A DNA stretch of 64,000 bases from an uncultured Actinomycetes bacterium (GTDB taxonomy: Bacteria; Actinomycetota; Thermoleophilia; Solirubrobacterales; 70-9): positions 61,233 through 125,232 of the forward strand of contig CAWGKQ010000012.1 of NCBI GenBank assembly GCA_963823245.1. Reading direction: 5' to 3'. The translations under genes were made by a program, and so were the position numbers. Below, piece after piece: positions 9,223 to 18,662 of this stretch. A model generated the notes under the pieces. That model was not told the origin of the DNA. It ran no database searches and worked only from the letters and a program-made list of their open reading frames with translations. The stretch's first letter is position 1; each line of letters starts with the position of its first letter.

Positions 9223-10541
9223 TCGTTCACCGCGCGCTCCGCGCCGGCTGGCGGGCCGAGGACGCGGTCGGTGTACTCGTTGCGGAAGGTGCCCGCGGGA
9301 TCGAGCTGCGCGCGGGCGCCTTGGAAATCGTCCCACCGCGGGTAGAGCGGCCCGAGCGTCTCCGCCGTCTGGAAGTGGCGCTTTCCCCAATGCGGGCGGC
9401 CGTCGTAGTCGCGCATGATCGCCTCCACCGCCTCGAAGTAGGGACGCCACTCCATGCCCTCGAACTGGTGAACGGCGATGTACGCGGTCTGGCGCCCGTG
9501 CGCGGGGCTCAGCACCGCGTCGTCGGGGGCGACGACGCGGAACTCGATCGGGAAGAACACCTCGACCGGCCGCGAGCTGATCATCTCCACGACGCGGCGC
9601 AGCGCCTCGGGCCCGTGCTCGCGCGGGATCGCGTATTCCATCTCGGTGAAGCGAACCCGGCGCTCCGAGGCGAACGCCTCGTAGCTTCGTACGACCTTCT
9701 CCGTGCGAGACAGCATTCGGGCCGCGAACCTGGCGAGCGCAGGGTTGGCCGACGGAAGGCGCCTGCCGGTCCTGGCCAGCAGCCCGAGCGCGTGGTTCTC
9801 GAGCAGTACGTCGTTGGCCCATGCGCCGAGTCGGCCTCGCGGGCGCGGCGCTTCGTCAGTGCGGTTCCGCTCGATGACAAGCGCCGTCTCGGTGTGCGGG
9901 AGGGTGAAGAACTCGAAGTGGTCGCTGCGCTCGGAAAGCTCGTCGATCGAGCCGAGGACGTCCTCGAGCGGCCGCGGCTCATCGATGCGGCGGAGCGTGA
10001 AGGCCGGGACCGTCCGGAGGGTGACCGCGGTGATCACGCCGAGGGCGCCGATGGAGACGCGAGCCGCGCGGAGCAGGTCGGCGTCGGCGTCGAGCTCCCG
10101 CACTTTCCCTTCACCGTCAACGAGCTGGATCGCCTCCACCTGCGCAGAGATGTTGCGCAAGCGGACGCCGGTCCCGTGAGTTCCCGTCGAGATCGCTCCG
10201 GCGATGGTCTGCACGTCGATGTCGCCGAGGTTCTCCATTGCAAGGCCGACCTCGTCGAGCCGGGCGTTCAGCGCCTTGAGGGCGGTGCCGCCCTCGACCC
10301 GAACGAGGCCGGTGGCCCGGTCGGCCTCGATCACGCGCGACATTCGTGACAGATCGAGCATCACCCCGTCGGTGAGCGCCGCTTCAGTGAACGAATGCCC
10401 GGAGCCTCGCGCCCGTAACGTCAGCCCACGCTCGCGAGCCCGGCCGACTTCGGCGACGACGTCCTCGACGCTCGCGGGCCGCTCGATCGCCGCCGGGTGA
10501 CAGACCTGGTCGCGAGCCCAGTTTCGCCACTCGGCGGTCAT
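9219..10541 (-). CDS. FAD-linked oxidase, D-arabinono-1,4-lactone / L-gulonolactone oxidase-like
   Basis: 440 aa. The N-terminus is W.NWA....C.P with a FAD-binding PCMH domain (LRARGSGHSF). The C-terminal ALO domain ends in HWGK. Confidence 0.8.
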   Translation of the reverse strand: MTAEWRNWARDQVCHPAAIERPASVEDVVAEVGRARERGLTLRARGSGHSFTEAALTDGVMLDLSRMSRVIEADRATGLVRVEGGTALKALNARLDEVGLAMENLGDIDVQTIAGAISTGTHGTGVRLRNISAQVEAIQLVDGEGKVRELDADADLLRAARVSIGALGVITAVTLRTVPAFTLRRIDEPRPLEDVLGSIDELSERSDHFEFFTLPHTETALVIERNRTDEAPRPRGRLGAWANDVLLENHALGLLARTGRRLPSANPALARFAARMLSRTEKVVRSYEAFASERRVRFTEMEYAIPREHGPEALRRVVEMISSRPVEVFFPIEFRVVAPDDAVLSPAHGRQTAYIAVHQFEGMEWRPYFEAVEAIMRDYDGRPHWGKRHFQTAETLGPLYPRWDDFQGARAQLDPAGTFRNEYTDRVLGPPAGAERAVNE

Positions 10542-10584
10542 GGGCCGAAGCCTATGCCGAGCGACTACGCTCGCCTCAGCACCC

Positions 10585-10675
10585 GGAGGGGTGGCAGAGC
10601 GGTTGAATGCGGCGGTCTTGAAAACCGCTAGAGGCCCTCACGGGTCTCTCGAGGGTTCGAATCCCTCCCCCTCCG
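10585..10675 (+). tRNA. tRNA-Ser (anticodon TGA)
   Basis: Hand-folded cloverleaf of 91 nt. Acceptor stem is GGAGGGG/CCCCTCC, the anticodon loop is CTTGAAA, there is a long variable arm, and the T-arm is GAGGG-TTCGAAT-CCCTC. Confidence 0.9.
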
Positions 10676-10746
10676 CTCCCCTCGGTAGCGCGCATGCCGC
10701 ACACTCACGGACGTTCATCGGCGGGCGGCCAGCGGCGGCGGCATTC

Positions 10747-11343
10747 TCACGGGTCCCAGCGCATAAACCAGATGTGCGGTCCGCCGTCCGGCGCGTCGGT
10801 GTCCTCGACCACTTGGAACCCGCGGCTCCCGTAGATGTCGACATTGCGGCGCGTCCCGGTTGACAGGAACGCGCCAACCCGGTCGGCGCGTGCCCGCTCG
10901 AGGCCCGCCTCGATCAGCGCCCGCCCGAGCCCCTTCCCCTGCCGGCGCGGCTCGACGGCAATCGAGTCGAGCTGCCACAGCTTCTCCTTGGGGTCGTGCG
11001 AGTAGATCCAGTCCCAGAACCTGTCGTACCGGCGCCCGCCATCGTCGGTCAGCGCGCGGATCCGCGGCTGGTTCCACGGATGGCCCTCCCAGCCCTCGGC
11101 GGCGTTCGGCGGTACCCATACGGCGGCCGCTCTGGTGTCGGCGGTCGCCGTGACGAATCCGAGGTCGAGCGCCTCCTCCAGGAAGTACGAGAAGCATCGC
11201 GTGCACTGCGCGACGGGGTCCTCCTGCGCGCCGAGCGGCCACCGCATCATCGGCTCGGTGACGAACGCGCTCCCAAAGACGGTGGCCAATGCCGACAGCT
11301 CGTCGTTGCCCGCTTGGCGCATCTCGGTTCGTGCTGCGCCCAC
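10747..11343 (-). CDS. GNAT-family N-acetyltransferase
   Basis: It carries the acetyl-CoA binding motif VEPRRQGKGLGRALIEAGLERA. The start may be the internal ATG at 11322. Confidence 0.8.
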   Translation of the reverse strand: MGAARTEMRQAGNDELSALATVFGSAFVTEPMMRWPLGAQEDPVAQCTRCFSYFLEEALDLGFVTATADTRAAAVWVPPNAAEGWEGHPWNQPRIRALTDDGGRRYDRFWDWIYSHDPKEKLWQLDSIAVEPRRQGKGLGRALIEAGLERARADRVGAFLSTGTRRNVDIYGSRGFQVVEDTDAPDGGPHIWFMRWDP

Positions 11344-11476
11344 CGCGGCTCGACTCTAGCCCCGGGTTGGGCCGCTGAACCCGACAAAGGAATTACGAGC
11401 TCTTTACCCCCGGTTGACGCCCGGCCAAGGTCGCGGCGCGACCATGCCTGGGCACCCCGAAGGAAGGAGAGCAGTT

Positions 11477-11671
11477 ATGCCCCAGATCGTCGTCACCACC
11501 GATGACGCCGCGGCCGAGTCGGGCCAGGTCCTCCTGAAGGAGCGGATCGCCCCGAGCGACCTCGAATCTGATCATTTCTCGGCCCAGCTCGTCGAGCGCG
11601 TGGGATGGGCCGTTGTGGACGCCGACGACCTCGAGCACCGTCCGCCGGTCACGGCGAGCAAGCCGGTCTAG
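11477..11671 (+). CDS. Small hypothetical protein (64 aa)
   Basis: ATG preceded by GGAAGGAG at the correct spacing. The sequence is acidic and not low-complexity. No domain recognised. Confidence 0.45.
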   Translation: MPQIVVTTDDAAAESGQVLLKERIAPSDLESDHFSAQLVERVGWAVVDADDLEHRPPVTASKPV

Positions 11672-11818
11672 CCGACTACGAGGAGGGGGCGTCGCGGCCG
11701 GCGCCCCGCCCCCCTCCGTTCCAGGCACCGGTGGTACCCTCGTTGTAAGGCGTTCCGATCGATCTTCGCGTTTCCTTTGTCGGGACCCACTCCCACAGAG
11801 GCGCGAGAGAGGCCGATT

Positions 11819-12232
11819 ATGGCCGTCGATCACGCCGAGCACACGCAGGACGGGCATCCCGAAACGGTCTACCCGGAGCAGGGAGAGCGGCTTGCCGCGA
11901 TCTCGAGAGGGCTGGTCCAGCTGCACAGCCGCTACTACGGCCGCGGCCCCACCAAGGCGAAGACGCATCTCGTGAACGACACCGTTATCACGATTCTCAC
12001 TGGCGGCTTCACCAAGGTCGAGCGAACCCTGATCGACCGCGACGAGGCCGACTCGGTGCGGAACATCCGCCGCAAGTTCCAGGAGGCGATGGAAGTGGAG
12101 TTCCGGGAGGTCGTCGAGGAGGCGACCGGCCGCTCGGTCGCGGTCTATATGAGCCAGGTGCACGTCAACCCGGACGTCGCCGTCGAGTTCTTCCAGCTCG
12201 AGCCCCCGGCCGACGGCGACCCGCCGCTCTAG
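11819..12232 (+). CDS. DUF2294-family protein
   Basis: ATG at 11819 follows GAGAGAGG. The conserved N-terminal ISRGLVQLHSRYYGRGPTKAKT pattern is present. Confidence 0.65.
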   Translation: MAVDHAEHTQDGHPETVYPEQGERLAAISRGLVQLHSRYYGRGPTKAKTHLVNDTVITILTGGFTKVERTLIDRDEADSVRNIRRKFQEAMEVEFREVVEEATGRSVAVYMSQVHVNPDVAVEFFQLEPPADGDPPL

Positions 12233-12828
12233 CCCAAGCGCCTGGTCGATACCGGAAGCGTCTCGGCGATCGGGCGAGGGGAGCCGACGTGGTGGCCCTG
12301 GGCGTAGTCGACGCCCTCGGCGTGCAGCACATCAAGGGTCGCCGCATCTCCGACGAACTCGGCGATCGTCTGCTTGCCGAGGCCGCGCACGATCCCGACG
12401 ATTGACTGGAAGCGCTTTCGCTGGTCGATGTCCTGGGCCTGGCGGACGCAATACAGGGCCTGGCCCGTCTCGTCCGGGACGAGACGGGCCAGCCAGCGCT
12501 GCTCGCGTTCATAGCTCGTGATCTCGCCGGTGATCAACCGGTCCATCGCGCGGGCGTCGTCGGCGGCGTCGTCGGCATGGATATGCCCGCGCGGGCGGGT
12601 GCCGAGGAGCTCGGGGGCGGGGTATCCGCTCAACTCGCAATGCGCCGAGTTCACGTGCAGATACCGGCCGCGATCGGGTCCGGCCAGACCCACGAGCGCC
12701 ATACCTATCGGCGCTTGGTCGAAAGCCCCACGGAAGCGCGCCTCCGCCTCGCGCAGCGCGCCAGCAGCCGCGTCCTCCCAGCCGGCGCCCCGCTTCTGAA
12801 AGTCTGTCCCTGGGCTGGTCGCGCGCAT
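12229..12828 (-). CDS. PAS-domain protein fused to only the last ~50 residues of an EAL domain (remnant of a PAS-GGDEF-EAL protein)
   Basis: The PAS core is FDQAPIGMALVGL...HVNSAHCELSGYPAPELLG...HADD. The EAL tail IVGIVRGLGKQTIAEFVGDAATLDVLHAEGVDYAQGHHVGSPRPI follows directly. No GGDEF domain or EAL catalytic core is present. Confidence 0.6.
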   Translation of the reverse strand: MRATSPGTDFQKRGAGWEDAAAGALREAEARFRGAFDQAPIGMALVGLAGPDRGRYLHVNSAHCELSGYPAPELLGTRPRGHIHADDAADDARAMDRLITGEITSYEREQRWLARLVPDETGQALYCVRQAQDIDQRKRFQSIVGIVRGLGKQTIAEFVGDAATLDVLHAEGVDYAQGHHVGSPRPIAETLPVSTRRLG

Positions 12829-12848
12829 CTCGCTCGCCGTGGGTTACG

Positions 12849-13293
12849 TCAGGTCGCGAGAATGGCGTCGACAGCGCGGGCCCGGTCGACCTCGAACCAC
12901 ACCCTGGGTGTGGGGCCGTCGCCCGAGCCCCAGCTTGTGGCGAGCTCGTCGAGGGTGAGCAGGGCGGGGTTCGGGAGGCGATCACGGCTGCTCGGCGCTC
13001 CGTTGCCGTTGGCGATCCGCACGGGGATGCCAGGTCCCTCCGCCTCGACTCGCACCGTTCGCTCGCTGACCTCCACGGTGAGCTCGACGATCCCGGGGCC
13101 GACGCCCTCGTCCCGGCGAATCGACTGTGCGATCAACTCGGTGACGACGAAGCGAACCCTGCGGCTGCGGCGAATCGCCGCTGCGGGTGTCCCGCCGCCT
13201 GAGCGCAGTGCCACAGCGCAGGCACGTCAGGTACTCCGGGCGGGCGTTGAAGTACGTGCGCTCGCACGAAGGGCAGAAGACTGGCGGGCTCAT
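12849..13293 (-). pseudogene. Zinc-ribbon plus HATPase_c-like (RsbW/anti-sigma kinase-like) protein, probable frameshift near 13200
   Basis: ORF 12982..13293 begins MSPPVFCPSCERTYFNARPEYLTCLRCG and then degenerates. ORF 12849..13214 holds VTELIAQSI...VRVEAEGPGIP...LDELATSWGSG...VWFEV in another frame. Confidence 0.45.
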
Positions 13294-13462
13294 ATCCCCA
13301 CCTTCCTTGCGGTCCGGCCGGCGGCTCTCTTTCGTCCTCTGTCCGTGCCGACATAGAAGCCGGCAACCGGCTACCCGTCTGGACCCGGTCGCCGCGAAGG
13401 CGCCGTGTCCGCGCGGAGCGGTCGGCCGACGGACACTCTACTCCTCCCCGAGGGGGCTCTGG

Positions 13463-13666
13463 TCAGCCCATTACGGCGCGCAGAAGCTGCCCCGCCTCTC
13501 CGCGCTGCCAGGCGCTCTCCTGTCGCGACCATGCGTACAGCCAGAGGGCCGAGCGCTGGTCGGAGGTGAGACCCGAGATCTCCTCGATCCGGCTCTCGAT
13601 CGTGTCGAACGCAATCCCGGAGTGGACCATCCCGGTCACCTCGGTTTCCGCGTGCAATGGGCCCAT
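13463..13666 (-). CDS. Small hypothetical protein (67 aa)
   Basis: ATG at 13666 is preceded by AAGGGGAG. The composition is not low-complexity. No domain recognised. Confidence 0.4.
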   Translation of the reverse strand: MGPLHAETEVTGMVHSGIAFDTIESRIEEISGLTSDQRSALWLYAWSRQESAWQRGEAGQLLRAVMG

Positions 13667-13807
13667 GATCTCCCCTTTCAGGTTGGAGGCATGTGCCGAA
13701 CACAGCAGCGGTACCACAACGCTGCCTCGATCTGGTGCTTCAGCGCCCGCGTTCGCGCAATTTGCGGACAATGCAAGCATCCTGGTGATGCGGGAACGTC
13801 AGAGCGC

Positions 13808-14864
13808 ATGAGAAGGACCTGCCTTGCGCTGATCGTCGTGGTCGTCGTGGCGGCCCCCCCGGGCGCGAGCGCGGGCTGGCACCCACGCTCCTACGAGCCA
13901 CCGCACGGGCGGGCATTCCACGGGGTGTCGGGCACGGTCGGCAAGGAGCGAGACTTCCAGCGCTTCCGCGGTTGGGTCGGGGCGCACCCGGCGGTCCTGC
14001 AGGCCTTCTTCCCCTGGGGCACGTCGCTCACCCATGGCGCCCTGCCGCTCTGGCACCGGACCTCGACGCGGGGGATGCTGAGTCTCGGGACCCGGATCGG
14101 CGACCGGGAGATCATCCGCCCCGGGCAGATCGCGCGCGGGCACGGCGACGGCTACATCGTGCGACTCAACCGCTCGATCGCGGCGCACAGCCACCAGGTG
14201 GTCTACATCCGGCTCATGGCCGAGATGAATGGGTCGTGGAACGCCTACTGCGCCTACAACGCCGACGGCTCAGCCCGCGGCCACGGGCATTCGACGCGGT
14301 CGTTCCGCCGCGCGTGGCGTCGGTTCACGTTGATCATCCGCGGCGGCAACGTCGCGCGCATCAACGCCCGCCTGCGGGCGATGGACATGCCCGCGGTGCG
14401 GGCGAAGGGGGTCGGCCGGCGCCTGCCCCACCCCAAGGTCGCGATGGTCTGGAACCCGCAGACGATCGGCAGCCCCGCGGTGAGCGGCAACGCCCCGCGC
14501 CGCTACTGGCCCGGGCGCCGCTACGTCGACTGGGTGGGGGCCGACATCTATTCGAAGTTCGCCTCGCCCGGCATCCGCGCCGCGCTCAGCCGCTTCTACG
14601 CCGACTACCGCGGCCTCCCGTTCGAGATCGGCGAGTACTCGCCGTGGGACGCCGACCCGGGCGCGAAGGTTCACGAAGTGGCTGTTTCGCTGGTCGGCCC
14701 AGCGCGGGCGCGCCCGGATGCTCGTGTACTACCGCTCGGTCTACGGCGGCGGCCCATACGACATCAATCACTACGGCGACGCGCGTAGGGCGCTGCGGCG
14801 GATCCTGAACCAGCACCGCTGGATCTCCTACGCGCCCGAGACCCGGCATCGCCGGCATCACTGA
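13808..14864 (+). pseudogene. Secreted glycoside-hydrolase-like protein (GH26-like), frameshifted near 14660-14669
   Basis: Signal peptide MRRTCLALIVVVVVAAPPGASA. The body has WVGADIYS and FEIGEYS motifs. The sensible C-terminus (FTKWLFRWSAQRGRARMLVYYRSVYGGGPYDINHY..., stop 14862-14864) is in a third frame that is absent from the ORF track. Confidence 0.5.
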
Positions 14865-14894
14865 CCGCGGCGTCGCGACGGTAGCATCGCGCGG

Positions 14895-15473
14895 GTGCTG
14901 ACCTCGATCCCGTTCGAGCTCCGTGGGCTCAGCGGGACGGTCGAGGTGGAGTACCTCGTCAACGAGGACCCGGCGCGGTGGGGCTACCCGATCCTCGAGC
15001 TCGAATCGTTCGACGTCGAGCGCGCGCGAGGCGCTCCCGTGACGCGGGCGACGGTCGACTACCCGGCCGAGGGCTACGCGGCTGAGATGGCGTGGATCCA
15101 GATCGTGGAGCACCGCACCGCGCCCGCGGAGCCGGAGATCATCGTCGACGTCGCCCCGCAGATGGAGGCCTCCAGAGCCGCGATGCCGTACATGGCCTTC
15201 GGTGTGCGGCCAACGTTCTTCGACGCGCCGGGGACCGACGACCCGGAATACGAGTTCCACGCCGTCGCGTTCCTCACCGCGTCTCCCGATGCGCTGATGA
15301 CGCCCGTCGTCGGCCCGCTGTGCGGCTTCAAGTGGGGCTACCGGGTGGTCGCGAGCGACCCGCGGATCGCACCGCTCGAGCCGGCGGGGGACGACGACTG
15401 GGCGTGGGTGAAGGCGCAGCTCGAGGGCCGCTACCCACGGTGGACGTTCCTCGATGGAGGCTGGGAGGGGTAG
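14895..15473 (+). CDS. Hypothetical protein (192 aa)
   Basis: GTG-start ORF with normal composition. No recognisable domain. Confidence 0.5.
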   Translation: MLTSIPFELRGLSGTVEVEYLVNEDPARWGYPILELESFDVERARGAPVTRATVDYPAEGYAAEMAWIQIVEHRTAPAEPEIIVDVAPQMEASRAAMPYMAFGVRPTFFDAPGTDDPEYEFHAVAFLTASPDALMTPVVGPLCGFKWGYRVVASDPRIAPLEPAGDDDWAWVKAQLEGRYPRWTFLDGGWEG

Positions 15474-15477
15474 CCCG

Positions 15478-15834
15478 CTAGTGGTGCCGGCGCTTGGGGT
15501 AGTGGCACGTCGCCCGTCCCCCGACCGCCACGCCATCGGTGTTGGTGGCGTTGTCGGCCTCGATGAAGCCCAGCCCCATCACCTTGCGGCCCTGGCCCGG
15601 GAAGGTGAGCGCGCCGCCGATGTCCGGTGCGTTCGGCGGCGGGTAGAAGTTCGCATAGTGGGTGCCGTCGGGCGACTTGATGATGAAGTTCGTCTCGCCG
15701 AGGCCCCAGGCGATGTCATAGGTGTTCGTTGAAGCCGTGGAAGCGATTGGCGCTCACGCTGTGCGGGCCGCCATGATCGCGATGGCCGCCGCAAGCCCGG
15801 CGCGTATCGCAAGCCCTCCCCAGGGTGCGGTCAT
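15478..15834 (-). pseudogene. Small signal-peptide protein interrupted by an in-frame TGA (codon 27)
   Basis: ATG at 15834 lies 10 nt after the ECF sigma stop. The frame reads MTAPWGGLAIRAGLAAAIAIMAARTA-TGA(15754-15756)-APIASTASTNTYDIAWGLGETNFIIKSPDGTHYANFYPPPNAPDIGG...CHYPKRRHH. It is a single frame throughout, with no start codon downstream of the TGA until near the end. Confidence 0.5.
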
Positions 15835-15844
15835 CGCGCCGAGC

Positions 15845-16429
15845 CTAGCGCGATCGCCCGCGCGCGGCGCGGAGCTTCGCCCGGCCCTCGGCCAGGCTGC
15901 GGTTGACCTTCGTGTAGGTCCACCCCGTCAGCGAGCAGATCTCGGCGTACGAGTAGCCGCTCGCCTGCAGCACCAGCGCTCGGCGCTCGTCGGGCCGCAG
16001 CGCGGCGAGCAGTCGCAGTGCGCCGACGGCGCGCTCGCGGCGCTCGGAGAGCTCGACGGCTGTGGGCCGCTCGCTCGGCCTGCGATCGAGGGCTGCGGCC
16101 GCGTCCTCGGCCACGGCGCCGGCGAGCATGCGTTCGCGGGTGCGCCGGACGGCGAGCGCCTCGCGGCGCGTGACCACGCAGGCCCACCCGACGAGCCGGC
16201 GCGGCTCGAGCGGCGGCGCCTTCGTCAGGACGATTTCGAGCGCGCGCTGGCAAGCGTCGTCCGCATCGTCGGCGCATAGGGAGAAGCGGCGCGCCGTTCT
16301 GCGCAGGAGCGACTCGTGCGCACCGATGAGGCCGAGCGCCGCCCGGCGGCGCTCGGCCTCTCGGTCTTCGACCTCGGCGGTCGTCCCCACGCGTCGTACA
16401 ACCCCGCGCGTCCAACGCGCGCCCCACAT
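15845..16429 (-). CDS. ECF-type RNA polymerase sigma-70 family factor
   Basis: Region 2 is [27 protein letters not shown]. The region 4 HTH is [37 protein letters not shown]. Confidence 0.8.
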   Translation of the reverse strand: MWGARWTRGVVRRVGTTAEVEDREAERRRAALGLIGAHESLLRRTARRFSLCADDADDACQRALEIVLTKAPPLEPRRLVGWACVVTRREALAVRRTRERMLAGAVAEDAAAALDRRPSERPTAVELSERRERAVGALRLLAALRPDERRALVLQASGYSYAEICSLTGWTYTKVNRSLAEGRAKLRAARGRSR

Positions 16430-16530
16430 GCACCGTTGCGGGGCCGCCGAACCTGCCTCGCCGATGCCCTTTCGCCGCTATGCTCGCGGGCCGCGGGCTG
16501 CCCACCGTTCAAACCCACCCAGGGATCGAG

Positions 16531-17478
16531 ATGAGCACGTGCATAGTCACCGGAGGCGCCGGATTCCTCGGCTCGCACCTCTGCGACCGCCTGCTCGACG
16601 CCGGCCACGACGTGATCTGCGTCGACAACCTCGACACCGGCTCGCTCCAGAACATCGAGCACATCCGCAACGGCGGTTTCCGCTTCCTGCAGCACGACCT
16701 GACGAAGCCTCTCCACGTCGAGGACAACGTCGACCTCGTCTACCACCTGGCCTCGCCCGCGAGCCCGATCGACTACGCGCGCCTGCCGCTTCATACGCTG
16801 AAGGTCGGCTCCTACGGCACCCACCACATGCTCGGCCTCGCGAAGCTGAAGCGCGCCCGCTTCCTGCTCGCGTCGACCTCCGAGGTCTACGGCGATCCCC
16901 AGGTGCACCCACAGAACGAGGACTACTGGGGCCACGTGAACCCGATCGGCCCGCGCGGCGTCTACGACGAGGCCAAACGCTACGCCGAAGCGCTGACGAT
17001 GGCCTATCTCCGTCAGCAGGGGGTCGACACGAGCATCGCGCGCATCTTCAACACCTTCGGCCCGAAGATGAGGCCGCACGACGGTCGCGCGATTCCCACG
17101 TTCCTCCGCCAGGCGCTTCAGGACAAGCCGGTCACGGTCTTCGGTGACGGCAGCCAGACGCGGAGCTTCTGCTTCGTCGACGACCTGATCCGCGGGCTCG
17201 TCGCGCTCGCGGAGTCCGACGTGCACCTGCCGGTGAACCTCGGCAACTCCGACGAGTTCACGCTGCTCGAGCTCGCCGAGTCCGTGATCGAGGTGACGGA
17301 GTCGCGCTCTGAGATCGTGTTCGAGGCGCTGCCGACCGACGATCCGCAGGTCCGCCAGCCGGACATCACCCGCGCGAAGGAGTGGCTCGGCTGGGAGCCT
17401 GAGGTAGACCTGCGCGAGGGCTTGCGGGCGACGATCGAGCGCGCCGGGGTCGCCCAGCTCGTCGGCGCCTCGCGGTAG
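16531..17478 (+). CDS. uxs: UDP-glucuronate decarboxylase (UDP-xylose synthase)
   Basis: [11 protein letters not shown] Rossmann motif, STSEVYG, YDEAKR (YxxxK) and [14 protein letters not shown]. Overall a close UXS-type SDR pattern. Confidence 0.85.
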   Translation: MSTCIVTGGAGFLGSHLCDRLLDAGHDVICVDNLDTGSLQNIEHIRNGGFRFLQHDLTKPLHVEDNVDLVYHLASPASPIDYARLPLHTLKVGSYGTHHMLGLAKLKRARFLLASTSEVYGDPQVHPQNEDYWGHVNPIGPRGVYDEAKRYAEALTMAYLRQQGVDTSIARIFNTFGPKMRPHDGRAIPTFLRQALQDKPVTVFGDGSQTRSFCFVDDLIRGLVALAESDVHLPVNLGNSDEFTLLELAESVIEVTESRSEIVFEALPTDDPQVRQPDITRAKEWLGWEPEVDLREGLRATIERAGVAQLVGASR

Positions 17479-17491
17479 CTCGCCGCGGTCC

Positions 17492-18662
17492 GTGCGGATC
17501 GCTCACCTGACCGCGACTTTTCCGCCGTACCCGGGGGGCGCGGGCAACACGGCATTTCGCTTCGCCCGCGGCCAGGCGGAGCGCGGGCATCACGTCGAGG
17601 TCTTCACCGCCCCGGCTGAGGGCGATCCGCCGGACCCCGGGCGCGCGCTGGTGCACCGCATCGAGCCGGTGCTCGCCATCGGGAACGCGCCGCTGATCCC
17701 GAGCATCGCCCGGATCGCCGCGTTCGACGTCGTCCACATCCACTACCCCTTCATCTTCGGCGCCGAGCTGACCCTGCTCGGCCGCGTGAGCCGCCGCCGG
17801 CGCCGCCAGGCCCTCCTCGTGCACTACAAGAACCGCCTCGTCGGGAAGGGTGCCCGCGGGCCGCTCTTCGCCGCCTACGAGCGGACGGTGGCGCCGGCGC
17901 TCGTCCGGTCCGCCGATCGCGTCTGCGTGCTCTCCGCTGACCACGCCGAATCAGTCCCCTACCTCCGGCGAGTCGCCGAGAGGACGCCCGAGAAGGTCGT
18001 GGAGATGCCAAACGGGGTCGACGTCGACGAGTTCTCGCCGGGCGCCGCCGAGCGCGGCCTTCGCGAACGGCTCGAGATTCCGGAGGGCGCGCCGGCGTTC
18101 GCGTTCGTCGCCACCCTCGACCGCGCCCACCACTTCAAGCGCCTCGACGTCGCGATCGACGCGCTCGCTCGCGCGGGGGGCGACCCGCCGCCCCACCTGC
18201 TGGTCGCGGGCGGCGGCGAGTTGCTCGACGGGTTTCGCGACCGCGCGGCCACAGCCGGGGTCGCCAATCGGGTCCACTTCCTCGGCGCGGTTCCCCACGG
18301 CGAGCTCCCGGCGGTGCTGCGCGTGGCGGACGCGTTCGTCCTGACCACGGAGCCGCCCGAGTCGTTCGGGATCGTCCTCATCGAGGCCATGGCCTGCGGA
18401 CTCGCGGCGATCGCAACCGACTATCCGGGCGTTCGCGCCGTCGTCGACGACGGCGAGACCGGGATCGTGGTCCCACCAGGCAGACGCGGCACCGGTCGCC
18501 GCCGCGATGGAGGGGCTGGCCGGCGACGCCGAAGCGAGGAGACGGATGGGAGCGGCCGGGCGCGCCAAGGCGGAGCGCGAGTGGGCGTGGCCCGCACTCC
18601 TCGACCGCATGGACACCGCCTACGCGGAGGCGGTCGCGGAGCGTCGCCGGAAGGCGCCGTGA
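17492..18662 (+). pseudogene. GT4-family glycosyltransferase, frameshifted near 18482
   Basis: The N-terminus is MRIAHLTATFPPYPGGAG and the E-x7-E region is EPPESFGIVLIEAMACG. After GIVVPPG the sensible tail (DAAPVAAAMEGLAGDAEARRRMGAAGRAKAEREWAW...) is in the next frame and ends at TGA 18660-18662. Confidence 0.7.

Noticed and set aside
15754-15756. Selenocysteine recoding of the in-frame TGA.
   Set aside because: No obvious SECIS-like stem-loop lies immediately downstream. The context is a signal-peptide cleavage region rather than a redox motif. No sel genes are visible in the window. A nonsense mutation or base error is more parsimonious.
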